This document shows positions 27,881 to 40,104 of a DNA stretch of 64,000 nucleotides, in pieces. Position 1 is the first letter of the stretch, and each line of letters opens with the position of its first letter. Origin of the DNA: Malacoraja senta (taxonomy: Eukaryota); the NCBI GenBank assembly GCA_038087875.1, contig CM075990.1:7752001-7816000 (forward strand). Reading direction: 5' to 3'. The notes beneath the pieces were generated by a model, which saw nothing but the letters and a program-made list of their open reading frames with translations, was not told where the DNA came from and did no database searches. Both the position numbers and the translations under genes were made by a program.

Positions 27881-27926
27881 TTTGGATCTTCAGACACCTT
27901 ATTGGATTGACTGAGTTTATATTCAC

Positions 27927-28325
27927 AGGAATTTAGAAGGTTGAGAGGGGATCTTATAGAAACATATCAAATTCTTAAAGGATTGGACAGGGCAGGAACA
28001 AAATTCCTGATGTTGGGGGAGTCCAGAACCAGGGGTCACAGTTTAACAATAGGGGTAGGCCATTCAGGACTGAGATGAGGAAAAACTTTTTCACGCAGAG
28101 AGTTGTGAATCTGTGGAATTCTCTGCCACAGAAGGCAGGGGAGGCCAATTCACTGGATGTTTTCAAGAGGGAGTTAGATTTAGCTCTTAAGGCTAATGGA
28201 ATCAAGGGATATGGGGAAAAAGGCATGAACGGTGCTTTTAGATGATCAGCCATGATCGTATTGAATGGTGGTGCTGGCTCTAAAGGGCCGAATGGCCGAC
28301 TCCTGCACCTATTTTTCTATGTTTT
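27927..28325 (+). mobile_element. CR1-type LINE 3' end
   Basis: Same RT tail motifs as the preceding copy. Confidence 0.85.
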
Positions 28326-28334
28326 TAAGACTAT

Positions 28335-28595
28335 GCGTGATCATAATCGAGCCATTTACAGTCCATAGATACATGATGAGGGAATAACATTTAGTGCAAG
28401 GTAAAGCCAGTAACGTCCGATCAAGGATAGTCCAAGGGTCACGATGGAGGTAGATAGTAGTTCAGCATGGCTCTCTGGTTGTAGTTGGATGATTCAGTTG
28501 CCTGATAACAAAATGTCCCTGAATCTGGAGGTGTGCTTTTTCACACTTCTATACCTTTTGCCTGATGGGAGAGGGGTGAAGAGGGAGTGGCCAGG
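28335..28595 (-). mobile_element. Rex1/Babar-type LINE fragment
   Basis: Reverse complement of the family at 9081-9510. Confidence 0.65.
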
Positions 28596-28819
28596 CCACA
28601 CTTGTCAGAGCAAGTTGTCACAAGGGGTAGATCACAGATTGAAACCGAATGAGCAATAAAGCCCATAGTGGTGTGTAGGGGAGATCATGAGAGGGGTGGG
28701 CCTCACACTCTCCGTACACCCGCCGTTCCTCTTTATGCCAGAGTTTGGAGCCAGGATCACTCCCTTGTCTCAGTGTGGAGTAACCTTGTGACCACTGTAA
28801 CAATCTCACTGGCCAACAG

Positions 28820-29014
28820 GTATTGCCCTTCCTCCTCGCTGAGCCCGAGGCAGCTGGGCAGGATGTCGTCGAGGGTCAGCCCTCGCCCCTCGCCTCCGCT
28901 ACTTCATGGTTCCCCGAGTTCACTTGGTGGAGGACAAGTCTCAAAGTCGCCCAGCACAAGCAGCCCGATGCAAGAGCAACCTCCATCAGCCAATGACTTG
29001 CTGGACAGAAAACG
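28820..29014 (+). CDS. NRG3: NRG3-like Ser/Pro-rich cytoplasmic exon (R)YCPSSSLSPRQLGR...LLDRK(R)
   Basis: Acceptor ggccaacag|G, donor CG|gtaggg, phase 2 at both ends, open frame (part of ORF 28668-29018). It bridges the flanking exons in frame, with weak similarity to NRG3 SCCSPGQRSG..TPPSPRSRLGG. Confidence 0.78.
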
Positions 29015-29129
29015 GTAGGGGAGTCCAGTCCGTGCATACGTGAGTCTGTAAATGTTGACATGTGTAGACGTGCACTGTGTGTCTTTGTGCCACATCAGTG
29101 TATATGAGTGTATGTTTATAGAGAAGTAG

Positions 29130-29914
29130 CATGTGTGTGTGTGGGGATTGAGTAAGCTGGAGTGTGCAAAAATGTGTACACCCGCATGTGCGCAAAAGTA
29201 CATGCACATGCCTTTCTGTGTATGTCTACACAAATAATTGTGTGCGTCTGCATGTATGTGAGTGTGTGTATTTGTTTATGTGTATATATGTGTGGTGTGA
29301 GTGTGTGTGTGTGTGTGTATGAACTCTGCATGCGTGTGTGAGTAAGTATGTGTGTATGTATATGTGTGTGTATTTGTGTGTGTATTTGTGTGCTCTGTGT
29401 GAGGGTGTGTGTAAGTGCATGTGTTTATATATACATGTAAGAGTGTGTATATTGGTGCAAGTGTGTGTGTGTATATGTGCAGTGTGGGTATATGTTAATG
29501 TATGTGTGGATGTGTCTGTGAGGGTGGGTGTGAGTGTGGGTATGTAAGTAAGTGTGTGTATATACAGTATATATGTGTGTGTGTCAGTGTGCACACTGTG
29601 TGTGTGTGTGTGTGCACTGCGTGTGTGCGTGTGTGTGTGTGTGTGTGCGTGTGTGTGTGCACTGCGTGTGCGTGTGCCTGTGTGTGTATGTGTGTGTGTG
29701 TGCGTGTGTGTGTCCACTGCGTGTGTGTGTGTGCACTGCGTGTGTGTGTGTGTGTGTGTGTGCACTGCATGTGTGTGTGTGTGTGCACTGCGTGTGTGTG
29801 TGTGCACTGTGTGCGTATGTGTGTGCACTGCGTGTGTGTGTGTGCACTGCGTGTGTGTGTGTGTGCACAGCGTGTGTGTGTGTATGTGTGTGCACTGTGT
29901 ATGTGTGTGTGCAC

Positions 29915-29955
<41 letters not shown>

Positions 29956-30217
29956 ATGTGTGTGTGCGTGTGTGTGTGCACTGCGTGTGTGTATGTATGT
30001 GTGTGTGTGCATTGCGTGTGTGCAGTGTATGCACCATGTGTGTGTGTGTGTGTTTGCGTGTCTGTAAGTATGTGTGTGTGTGTGCACTGCGTGTGTGTGC
30101 AGTGTATGCACCATGTGTGTGTGTGTGTGTGTGTGCACTGCGTGTGTGTGCAGTGTATGCACCGTGTGTGCGTGTGTGTTTGCGTGTCTGTAAGTATGTG
30201 TGTGTGTGTGTGTGTGT
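29130..30217. repeat. Compound (TG)n microsatellite filling most of the last NRG3-like intron
   Basis: TG runs with GCACTGC interruptions. Confidence 0.95.
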
Positions 30218-30282
30218 CCTTAATGTTGTGCAGCCCCTTTGCCTGTTCTGATTGTGTGCGCTGGTTGCTGTTTCCCCTGTAG

Positions 30283-30775
30283 AGCTGCAGCCGTCGGCCG
30301 TCATTGCCCGGAGAGTCCCGGTGAGGCTCGGCCCGAAGCCTTCCACCGCCCGGTGCAGCTGTGCCCGCTGGAGCTGCGAGACAGGGGCAGGCCGGCGCAG
30401 TGCTGGGCAGCCTCGGTGCCCGTCACCCCGCTGATGGGGGAGAGGGTCTGCGTGCGGGTGCAGGCGGAGAGCCGGGACGGGGACCGAGCCGACACCTCTC
30501 CCTGCTCCTTCCCGGCCGAGCTGACCAGCGCCAGTGCCCCCAACACCCCGCTCCGTGCAGCGGACGGCCAGCAAGTGGAGATGCTCCTACAGACGGTGCA
30601 GCGGCAGATCCAGCTGCTGGCTCTGGCCGGCCGCAAGCCCGAGGACTATGAACTGATCAACGAGTGCGAGGAGCAAGCTGGAGAGAACACGGATTTTCTG
30701 CCTGTGGCCTCAGCAGAGGAGGTACCATTTCTGCTGAAGAAGGAACAATGTAGAGACTATGACCTGGGAAAGTGA
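30283..30775 (+). CDS. NRG3: NRG3-like terminal coding exon
   Basis: Acceptor tgtttcccctgtag|A. GC-rich open frame encoding ASVPVTP...QQVEMLLQTVQRQIQLLALAGRKPEDYEL...GENTDFLP...PFLLKKEQCRDYDLGK, stop TGA at 30773-30775. Clear NRG3 C-terminal signature. Confidence 0.93.
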
Positions 30776-31914
30776 CATTCTGCTAGCTGTACCTTCATTG
30801 CATTGTGAACCTGGGAAAAGGGAAGAGTATGACAAGAGGAAAATTATTTATATGCATTTATTTAAAGCATTTAATTAGAAACCAAATAGTCTGTTGCCCC
30901 CATAGTGGTTTATGGAAACTATTTTGTATTGTTTTATCAGATAACGTTTCTTTATTTCTGGTGAAGATCTTAGTGCCTATTGTCTGCAGTGGGTGTATAT
31001 TGGGACGTGCTGTGTTTCACCAGATTAACTCCCAGCACCTACACCACTGGCACAGCCTCACTCTCTGGACCGAGCGCGGACCTGGGTATTGCCACTGGCA
31101 CAGCCAAGGGGTGCAAGGTTTGGAACGTGCAAGGGCACGGGGGGGAGAGATAACACACTTACCGGGCGCGAGGGTTTCGGACCAGACACCGTCCGTGGCA
31201 AGCGATTCAAGAGAGAGTTAGACTTAGCTCTTAGGGCTAATGGAATCGAGGGATATGGGGAGAAAGCAGGAACGGGGTACTGATTTTGGATGACCAGCCA
31301 TGGTCATATTGAATGGCGGTGCTGTATCAAAGGGCCGAATGGCCCACTCTTGCACCTATTTTCTATGTTTCGAAGCTGCATGCACGTTGTGTAGCTGGAA
31401 GCAGAAGGCAACTAACCATTGAGTCTGGATGAACACATTTCTAACGCAGACGCGTGTTCTGTGCCGTGCGGTTGAGCCCGGGCTCCACAGTGTGGGGACT
31501 GCTGACACCAGAGTAGCAGCAACATCTTCCCGCTGTTGACTCTGCAAACCCCCCCCGTGTCACACCAACCTGACCCTGTCCCCATTTGGTCACCAGGTGC
31601 TCCAGTTGTGAACCAGCTCTTGCCCCTGGACACCCCGTCCCAGCTGTTGTCCTTGGCGACCAGGAGTTCCAGCTGTGAACCAGTCAATGCCCTTGGTCAC
31701 CAGTGCTGCGGCTGTGGGCTCCAGTGTTGCCCTTTGCTCACACAGTGCTCCACCTGATCCCAGCTGTTGCCCTTGGTCAGCCAATTCCAGCTGTGAGCCC
31801 CCGCTGTTGGCCAGTGTCGTTTTGGGGGCAGTGGCTGGAGTGACAGGGAGTAAGAGTGCTGAACCTTCCCACACCATCTCAGTGATGGATTCCCAGCTCT
31901 GGCTGCTAACGGAT

Positions 31915-31915
<1 letters not shown>

Positions 31916-31950
<35 letters not shown>

Positions 31951-32059
31951 ATCTCTCTTTCTATCTCTCTCTCTATCTCTGTCTCTCTCTCTGTATCTCT
32001 CTCTCTGTATCTCTCTCTCTGTATCTCTCTCTCTCTGTATCTCTCTCTCTCTCTCTTTA

Positions 32060-32102
<43 letters not shown>

Positions 32103-32151
32103 TCTCTATCTCTATATCATCTCTCTGTATCTTTCTATTTCTATCCTTTTA

Positions 32152-32196
<45 letters not shown>

Positions 32197-32215
32197 CTCT
32201 ATATCTCTCTCTCTC
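31916..32215. repeat. (CT)n/(CTAT)n microsatellite
   Basis: Direct inspection. Confidence 0.9.
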
Positions 32216-33634
32216 TAAGTCGCCCCTCAACTCTAGCTCGAGTACAATTAAGAATGAGTCCAAGTATGCACTGCTGGATATGCCGCAAGGGACTGCAATG
32301 GGAGGCAACAAGGAGGTCGTGCATTTCTAATGTAGCATGGCTTGGTCATGGGAATAACGCGACGCCACTCCAGCACCGAGACTCCGAGTGGTGAAATGAC
32401 GGCACGCCCCGTGCACCCCCACCCCCTCCCCTCAGCTGCCCTCCCAGTCCCCACTGCCCCCTCCCCACTGCCCCCTCCACCACCCCCGTCCACCACACAG
32501 CCCACACACAAGGCAAGGTGCCCTGTGCAAACCAGAGGTCACACACCTCACTGATGCCGTGTCAGAGTTCATGTGACTGAAACAGCTGATCAGGTCCCCA
32601 TTCATCACACAACCTGGTGGAACCCATGGTGTACAAATTAAAAACTATTGAAAAACTTGACGGAGCCTCTTTGATTCTGCATTTTCCTCAGACATTTCCA
32701 TCGTCCTTGATTGGCCTTGGGGAGGTGGGCATGAGTTGTCTTTGTAAACCTCTGCAGTGTGCGTGAGGTGAAGGTATTGGTCCAGGATTTATTGGTGTCA
32801 ACGATGAAGGAACAACATCAGTTTTCCCAGTCAGAATGGTGGCTGACTTGGAGGGGGAGCGAGAGGGAATGTCCCCATGCACTTGAAACTCCTTCCTGGT
32901 TGCAGAGGACCAGGGCGTTTGGGGAAGAGATGGTGGGCTGATGTCAGAGTAGCCCGTGCATGGATCATGCATTTTTCGTGGTGGTCCTCCTTGCATCCAC
33001 TATGTGCCATGGGCATAGAATTAGCTGGTTGTGCAGCACAGAAACAGGTCCCCACAGCCCCTGTCTATATTAATCCCTTTTGCTCGCACTTGGTCCCTTA
33101 ACCTATTGTGTCCTGGCAATTCAGGTGTCATACAGATGCTTGTTGACATTTTGTGGGAATCTCACTTCACCTTCTCAGGCAGTGCAATCCAGTCTCCAAC
33201 TCAGGATGACAATAGTTCTGCCACAGATCCTCCCTAGACATGTACTCCTCGCCATATGCCTTCTGGTCTTAGACATCTCTGCCAAAGGGAATGGTTCTGT
33301 ACTTTCTACCGAACTACCATACTATCAGCTCCTCCCTCCCTCTGCAATAAGAGAAACAAAATGCATTCTCTCCTCCTAACTGAAGGCATAGATAGAGTGG
33401 ATGTGGAAAGGATGTTTCCACTGGTGGGAGAGTCCAGGACCAAAGGTCATAGCCTCAGAATTAAAGAGCGTTCTATTAGAAAGGAAGTGGAGGGGATGAT
33501 TGAATGACTCGATGGGCCGAATGGCCTAATTCTACTACTATAACTTGTGAAGTGTTCCATCTCAGGCAGCATCCTGGTGAATCTCCTTGCACCTTGACCA
33601 ACACCATCACATCTCTCCTATTGTGTGGTGTACA

Positions 33635-33713
<79 letters not shown>

Positions 33714-35359
33714 TGTGTCTCCTGACCATGTGTCCATGATTGTTGCATCATAATCTTCCTGCTGTCACCATTCGACACCCCCTTAATGAAAGCACGGGAA
33801 CCTGATGCCCTCTTCTCCACCTTTGTACCTCCAGAGATCTTTGCACTTGTAACCCATTCTCAGGATTGTCAAAACTGCCTATGGTCCCGCCATTCATGGT
33901 GTACAGTATGTCCTGTTCATGTTTGACCCCTGCAAAGCGCATCATCTCACAGTGAGGTGAGGGAAAGTCATGAAAAGGATGGTGGATGGATTGCCAAACA
34001 AGTGGGCTACATTGGCCTGGATGATGTTTTACTCATCGAGGTAGGTGGAGGATTTTCTACCACAATCCTGGATTGGAGCATCTTTGAGAAGTCAGCGGCC
34101 ACCAGCAAGGTACTCAATTACTTTACAGTAATTATTGCAAAAGCTCTCATTACGTTTTTGGTCAATGGTAACCGGAGATTCTGGTAAAGTTATTGAAAGT
34201 CACGGGGAGATGGCTGTTGGGGATAGTCACTTGAATAGCATAGCTGTTAGTTGATGTTTACCAAACACAGGCCTGAACGCGGTCTACTCCATGTGTAAGA
34301 AAGAACTGCAGATGCTGGTAAAATCGAAGGTAGACACAAAATGCTGGAGTGACTCAGCGGGTGAGGCATTATTTCTGGAGAGAAGGAATGGGCGATGTTT
34401 TGTAGGTAAGGACAGATGTCAGAGGTTAGGGGGAGCAGGCAGGAGAATAGGGTTAGGAGGGAGAGGTAGATCGGCCATGATTGAATGGCGGAGTAGACTT
34501 GATGGGCCAAATGGCCTAATTCTACTCCTATTCCTTATGACCTTATGACTGCATCATGTTCTGAGGAAAGCAATTGAACGATGCAAATGTTAGTGAACTT
34601 CCAGCCTTATAGTGGAAGGAGGATCATCGACGAAGCGATGAAAGAGCTGAAGGTGGTTGGGCCTCGGGCACTGGTGCTTGGGATTGGCCTTCAATTCCAG
34701 CCAGTCTTCCCCCAGTCTTAGATAGACACAAAAACGCTAAAGTAACTCAATGGGTCAAGCAACATCTCTGGAGAAAAGCAATAGGTGACGTTTCTGGTCG
34801 AGTCCTTTCTTCAAACTGAGGGTCAGCCTTAGTCCGAAGAAGGGTCTCGACCCTAAACCTCACCTATTCCTTCTCTCCAGAGATGCTGCCTGTCCCACTG
34901 AGTTACTCCAGCATTTGGTGTCTATCTTCAATGTAAACCAGCATCCGCAGTTCCTTCTTACACATTTTGTCTGTTTTTCCCCACTCTTTACTTTTTACAT
35001 GCTGCACTTGGTTAAATGCTGCCTTGATACCGAAGACAATCACCTCTTCTCTCCATGATTGAACCAAGGCTTTGATAGGATTGGAGCTGGGAAGATGTGG
35101 CATAACCCAAACTGACCATCAATGCGTAGACTAGGGATGAATAAATGCTGCTTGATCATGGTTTCCGTCATTTTTAGCAGATTAACAGATGCCAATTTGC
35201 TAGAATGGCTTTCCCTTGCTTTTTCGTAAGCAGGACATACCTGGGCAATTTTCCACCTTGCCAGAGTCATTGTAATGGAACATCTTAACCAGAGGCATGG
35301 CTGGTCTGTAAGACCAGACAATCTGCAATGCAGCAGAATGTTTTCAGATCTCAACACCT

Positions 35360-35860
35360 CAAGAGTCAAGAGTGTTTTATTGTCATATTTCCCAGATAGG
35401 ACCATGAAATTCTGACTTGCAGCAGCACAAGAGAACATGTAAACATAGTACACTGTGAACAATATAATTAATGTGAAAAGAAAGTTCAGTGTGTGAATAT
35501 ACACGCACACCCACGCATACGTACAGATAAAAGGCAAGCAAACCAATATAGTGCAATAATAACAATAAAAGTCTATGTAGTTCAGAGTTTATTTGTTATA
35601 GTGTTTAAAGCCTAATGGCTGTCGGGAAGAAACTGTTCCTGAACCTGGACGTTACAGTTCTCAGGCTCCTGTACCTTCTTCCCAATGGCAGGGGTGAAAG
35701 AAGCATGGGGCCAGGGTGGTGTGGGTCTCTGATGATGCTGGCTGCTCTTTGGAGGCAGCGACTCCGGTAAATCCCTTTGATGGTGGGCAGGTCGGACTGG
35801 GCAGTGCTCACAACTTTTTGCAGTCTTCTTCACTCCTAGGCATTCAAGTTGCTGAACCAG
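35360..35860 (-). mobile_element. Rex1/Babar-type LINE 3' end
   Basis: LPTIKGIYRSRCLQRAASIIRDPHHPG..LGRRYRSLRTVTSRFRNSFFPTAIRL. Confidence 0.85.
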
Positions 35861-36059
35861 GCTTCACATGGAGTGAAACACATATGCTGAAGAGTGGCTT
35901 CTGTGAAGGTGAGGACGTGGATAGGAGGCCAAGGTGGATCATCCAAACTCCACCTCTGGTGAATGATTGTTGCAAACAGCCCAGCCTTGCCCTTGACATT
36001 CATGTCCCTGCTTCCACTGTATTGGGGATGCAGATGCAATGGTACTAAACTAACGAGAT

Positions 36060-36670
36060 TAAGAGTCAACAACACAGGTGTGTCTGGAGTCATGTACAGG
36101 CCAGACCACTAAAGGATGGTAGATGTCCTTCCCTGAAGATCATTAGTCAAGTGAACTGGCATTGACAAAATGTAGCAGTTCTATGATTACTGCCACCATT
36201 TTATGGACCAACTTTTACTTTTTTTATTTTTTTTATTTGTATTTTATTAGAAGTACATTACATTACAACCACATACATTAGTACTTGTCATTTATATCTT
36301 CTTACAATTAATGTACTCCATTTATTTTTTACACTAGAAAAGGAAAAGATTGAAAGAAAGAAGAAAGTGAAGGAAAAAGTGGAAGTGTAGGAAATGTGAC
36401 AACAAAAAAGGACAAAGACCCTATAAGAGCAAAAATAAAAACAAAAGAAAAAGAGTTAAGAAATAGACCCTAGGAAAGAAAGAAAGAGAGAAAGAGGAAA
36501 AAGAGAGAAACAAATATTTTTATGAGCATTACGCAAATGGGACATTTTTACTTTTAACGTCAGATTTTACTTATTGGACTTTAACTTAACCAGCTACTTT
36601 AGAGGGATTTGAACTCATGCCACTGAGTTCATGTTGAAGAATCTGACTGCTCATAACTTAACCACGACGC
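36060..36670 (-). mobile_element. Old degenerate SINE (SacSINE1/Deu-SINE-like) split by an L1 fragment
   Basis: GGCCAGACC..AAGGATGG..CCTTCCCTGAAG..ATTAGT and GGGATTTGAACTC (reverse B box). Similarity is recalled, not computed. Confidence 0.4.
36223..36545 (-). mobile_element. L1-clade 3' UTR-only insertion
   Basis: Highly similar to about 1840-2165; flanked by TSD TTTTACTTTT (36213-36222, 36546-36555). Confidence 0.8.
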
Positions 36671-38214
36671 TGTTGTATGCTCGAAGTGTAAACTCTGATG
36701 GACAACAACATGATGAAGTGTTGACCAGTGTAAGAGCCTCTGGCAATAGTCCAGGGTTAAAGTTTAACCTCTCCAATCCAGCACTATGGCTAGTATATCC
36801 TAAAAGAAGGGTCTCGACACGAAACGTCACCCATTCCTTCTATCCAAAGATGCTGCCTGATTGACTCCAGCATCTTGTGTCTATGGGTAAACCAGCATCT
36901 GCAGTTCCATCCTACACATATCCTCAAGTCCCATTGACCTGCGAGTTTTAACTGTGGTAAATGGTCCACAACCCCCTGCTGCATGTCAGCCTCCCCATTC
37001 CCGACAACCTTGCCTTTTGCAATAGCCCCTCAAAGCAGATATTCCCAATCCCATTCCCATTCCCAGCAGCCTGACCAAATCCCAGCGGGGATTCCCATTT
37101 CCAGCAGCCCCAGTGTGTAACAGGGTTAGAGCTAGTGATACAAAAAAGAAGGATGACCAAGGAACAATCTCTGCCCTCTGGAAACTCCAATAGTACTGGG
37201 AGTTCACAGCACCAGTAAATGCCTGGAAGCTCAAGTGGACACAATTACTTTTATTCAGTATAATGCTATTGAGTTTCCAAAGATTTGCCCTTTCCAAGAA
37301 AGCAGCAAAATGTCTGATTCCGGGTCTATTTGTGTCACCTGGTGAATTCAGCAAACCTGGTGGTAGTCTCCCTTACAAATTAGTTACAACTTCCCAGTCA
37401 GGGATGTATGGGATGACAATGTTCCATGTGCAGTATTCCTAATGTCAGCATCACCAGGGAACTTGGATCAGGAGGTCCCGGGACCTCCGACATTGGGACT
37501 TTGGGCACTGGTAGGACCATTGGACCATCACACCTCACCACCGGAGTGTGGGGTCATATGGTCATAAGGAATAGGAGTAGAATTAGGCCATTCGGCCCAT
37601 CAAGTTTACTCTGCCATTCAATCATGGCTGATCTATCCCACCCTCCTAACCCTATTCTCCTGCCTTCTTCCCATAACCTCTGACACCTGTACTAATCAAG
37701 AATCTATCTATCTCTGCATTAAAAATATCCACTGGCCTTCTGTGGGAAAGAATTCCACAGATTCACCACCCTGTGGCCAAAGAAATTTCTCCTCATCTCC
37801 TTCCTCAAAGAACGGCCTTTAATTCTGAAAGGGTCAGCAAGGCACGTGAAATACGTACCCACAGTCTTGGTGACCTCACTCCTTCCCGCACCCCCACCCC
37901 TCCAAATGCACCAAAGTAGATCTCTCTCATCTCTTGTCAGACAAGTCATCAACAACCTGCAAGTCTCCTTTGCTGCCAGTGCTGATTCATCTCTGCCTTC
38001 ATCTCTGAACCCTCTTGTACTGCGTGGATTACTACCACACCTTACCCCTGCCCTTGCCCCACCACTGCCCACCCCTCTCCAACATGTCCATGTGGTTGTG
38101 CGTGGTTTACTCCCACAGAGGGGACGTTATACACCCACGGCCACACAGTCTGAACTGAGCGAGGTCTTGCCCAATAACCACGGTATCCAAGATTGGGGAG
38201 GAGGCCCCAATGTA

Positions 38215-38600
38215 CACACCGACCACATGTACACACATAGGGATGGACACACACACACACAGATATACAGACACACAGACGTACACACACGCAGATATAC
38301 ACACGCAGATATACACACACACAGGTATACACACACACACACAGATATACACACACACACACAGATATACACACACACGCAGATATACACACACACAGGT
38401 ATACACACACACACGCAGATATACACACACGCAGTTATACACACACACACGCAGATATACACACACACGCAGATATACACACACACACACGCAGATATAC
38501 ACACACACGCAGATATACACACACACATGTATACACACACAGATACACACAGATATACACATACATGCAGATATACACACACAGATATACACACACACAC
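38215..38600. repeat. Compound (CA)n/GCAGATAT microsatellite
   Basis: Direct inspection. Confidence 0.9.
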
Positions 38601-39109
38601 GCAGGGTGTCGGGTTTATGGGGAGAAGGCAGGAGAATGGGGTTGAGAGGGAAGGATAGACCAGCCATGATTGAATGGCAGAGTAGACGTGATGGGCCGAA
38701 TGGCCTAATTCTGCTCCTATAACATGAACATAGATACACACACACTCACAGATAGAAACACACATTCATCCGCACATTTTCACTCACACACACACACACA
38801 CACACACACATTTGGAGGAATGGAAAGCAGGAGCAGATAAGTGGGACTTTAAGAAAAGCCCACGCAGTTAACTAGGTCAGGTTGAGTTGAGCAGCTGAAG
38901 GCAGTTAGCATCGTGGAGTGGCTGCTGCTCTTTGGTCACGGTGTATAAAGAGGGAATGGGCAGAGAGTGCAGGAATGACCTGTGGCTGTTCTCCTGGACA
39001 ACAGGTATGTCCCGCTGGTTACTGGTGGTGGGAGATGACTTGGCAGGGGAGACATGCGGCTGCAGTCAGGTCTCCTGGTTGGGCTTGGCTCTGACACAGC
39101 AGGCAAGGG

Positions 39110-39535
39110 TGAAGTGAGGCAGAGCGATAATGATTGGGGACTTGCTAGTTAGGAAGAGACAAGAGATTCTGTGGAAACAAATGAGAGTCCAAGATGGTGC
39201 AGGAAAGAACTGCAGATGCTGGTTTAAATCAAAGATAGACACAAGACACTTGTGTCTATCTCCAAGATGGTATGTTGCCTCCCTGGTGCCAGGGTCCAGG
39301 ATGTCTTGGAGTGGTTGCAGAACATCCTCAAGGGGAAGGATGAGCAGCTGGAAGCTGTGCATGTTGGCACAAACGGCACAAGTTGGAAAAGGGATGAGGT
39401 CCTGCAGAGTGAATGTGGAGAATGGGTCAAAGATTCAAAAACAGGACCTCTGGAAGTAATCTCTGGGTTGCTCCCAGTACCATCTGCTAGTGAGGGTAAG
39501 AACAGTGAGAAGGGACAGGGGAATGTGTGGCTGAT
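39110..39535 (+). mobile_element. Decayed CR1 ORF1 SGNH-esterase-domain fragment
   Basis: IMIGDLLVR...MVCCLPGARVQDV..LQNILKG..VHVGTN..VISGLLPVPSASEGKN. Confidence 0.75.
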
Positions 39536-40104
39536 CACTACGGGTGCTGTCTGTACGGAGTTTGCAGGTTCTCCCCGTGACCGTGTTGGTTTTCTCCGAG
39601 ATCTTCTGTTTCCTCCCACACTTCAAAGATATACAGGTTTGCAGGTTAATTGGTTTGGTAAATGTGTCGCTACTGTTACTCTGAAACTAAACATTGTTTC
39701 CGAGTAACAGTAGTGAGGATGCAGTGAAGTGAAGGATGTTATGGATTAGAGAACTAGCGGAGACTTAGTGAGCCAATAGTCTCCCATGGTGAGAGAGGTA
39801 GGACACTGAAGCCAGGAATTAAAGCGGAGCCAACCGCAGTGTATGGCAGCATGAAAACATTGTTTTCAGTGTGATCCTTAGATTAGAACATCACCATGGT
39901 AACCAGGTTATGTAAAATTCCCAGTGATCGTGCATTCCTCAAATTAATACCCAATAAAATTCTTGGCCGTACAACCAAAGATTCCAAAGTGCCAAGGGTT
40001 CTCTAATTGGCTTTTTTAAATTAAATTATTCTTTATTTCCATGAGGTTCCATATTCTGAAGCTGCTCATTTCCAGCTTAGCTGGCACAAACTGTGCAGTC
40101 ATGA

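Larger units (their letters stand above)
8614..30775 (+). other. NRG3: Neuregulin-3-like gene, 3' part (6 coding exons; 5' and EGF exons not found in the window)
   Basis: Six GT-AG exons join in frame (27+103+124+125+195+493 nt) to give ..EHLGIEFME SEDLYQRQIMSITCITIGLTVVGMLCVVLYFKTK KQRQK...LLQTVQRQIQLL...EDYEL...ENTDFLP...*. This matches the NRG3 stalk, TM and C-tail as I recall them (DHLGIEFMESEEVYQRQVLSISCIIFGIVIVGMFCAAFYFKSK; LLETVQEQIRIL..SEDYEL..SENTAFLP). Confidence 0.92.

Noticed and set aside
30239..30282. ORF-track start for a single-exon 178-aa gene
   Set aside because: This stretch is the intronic acceptor region; the frame is entered by splicing at 30283.
30776..31200. Polyadenylation signal for the NRG3-like gene
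   Set aside because: AT-rich UTR-like sequence, but I saw no canonical AATAAA here, so the 3' end is undefined.
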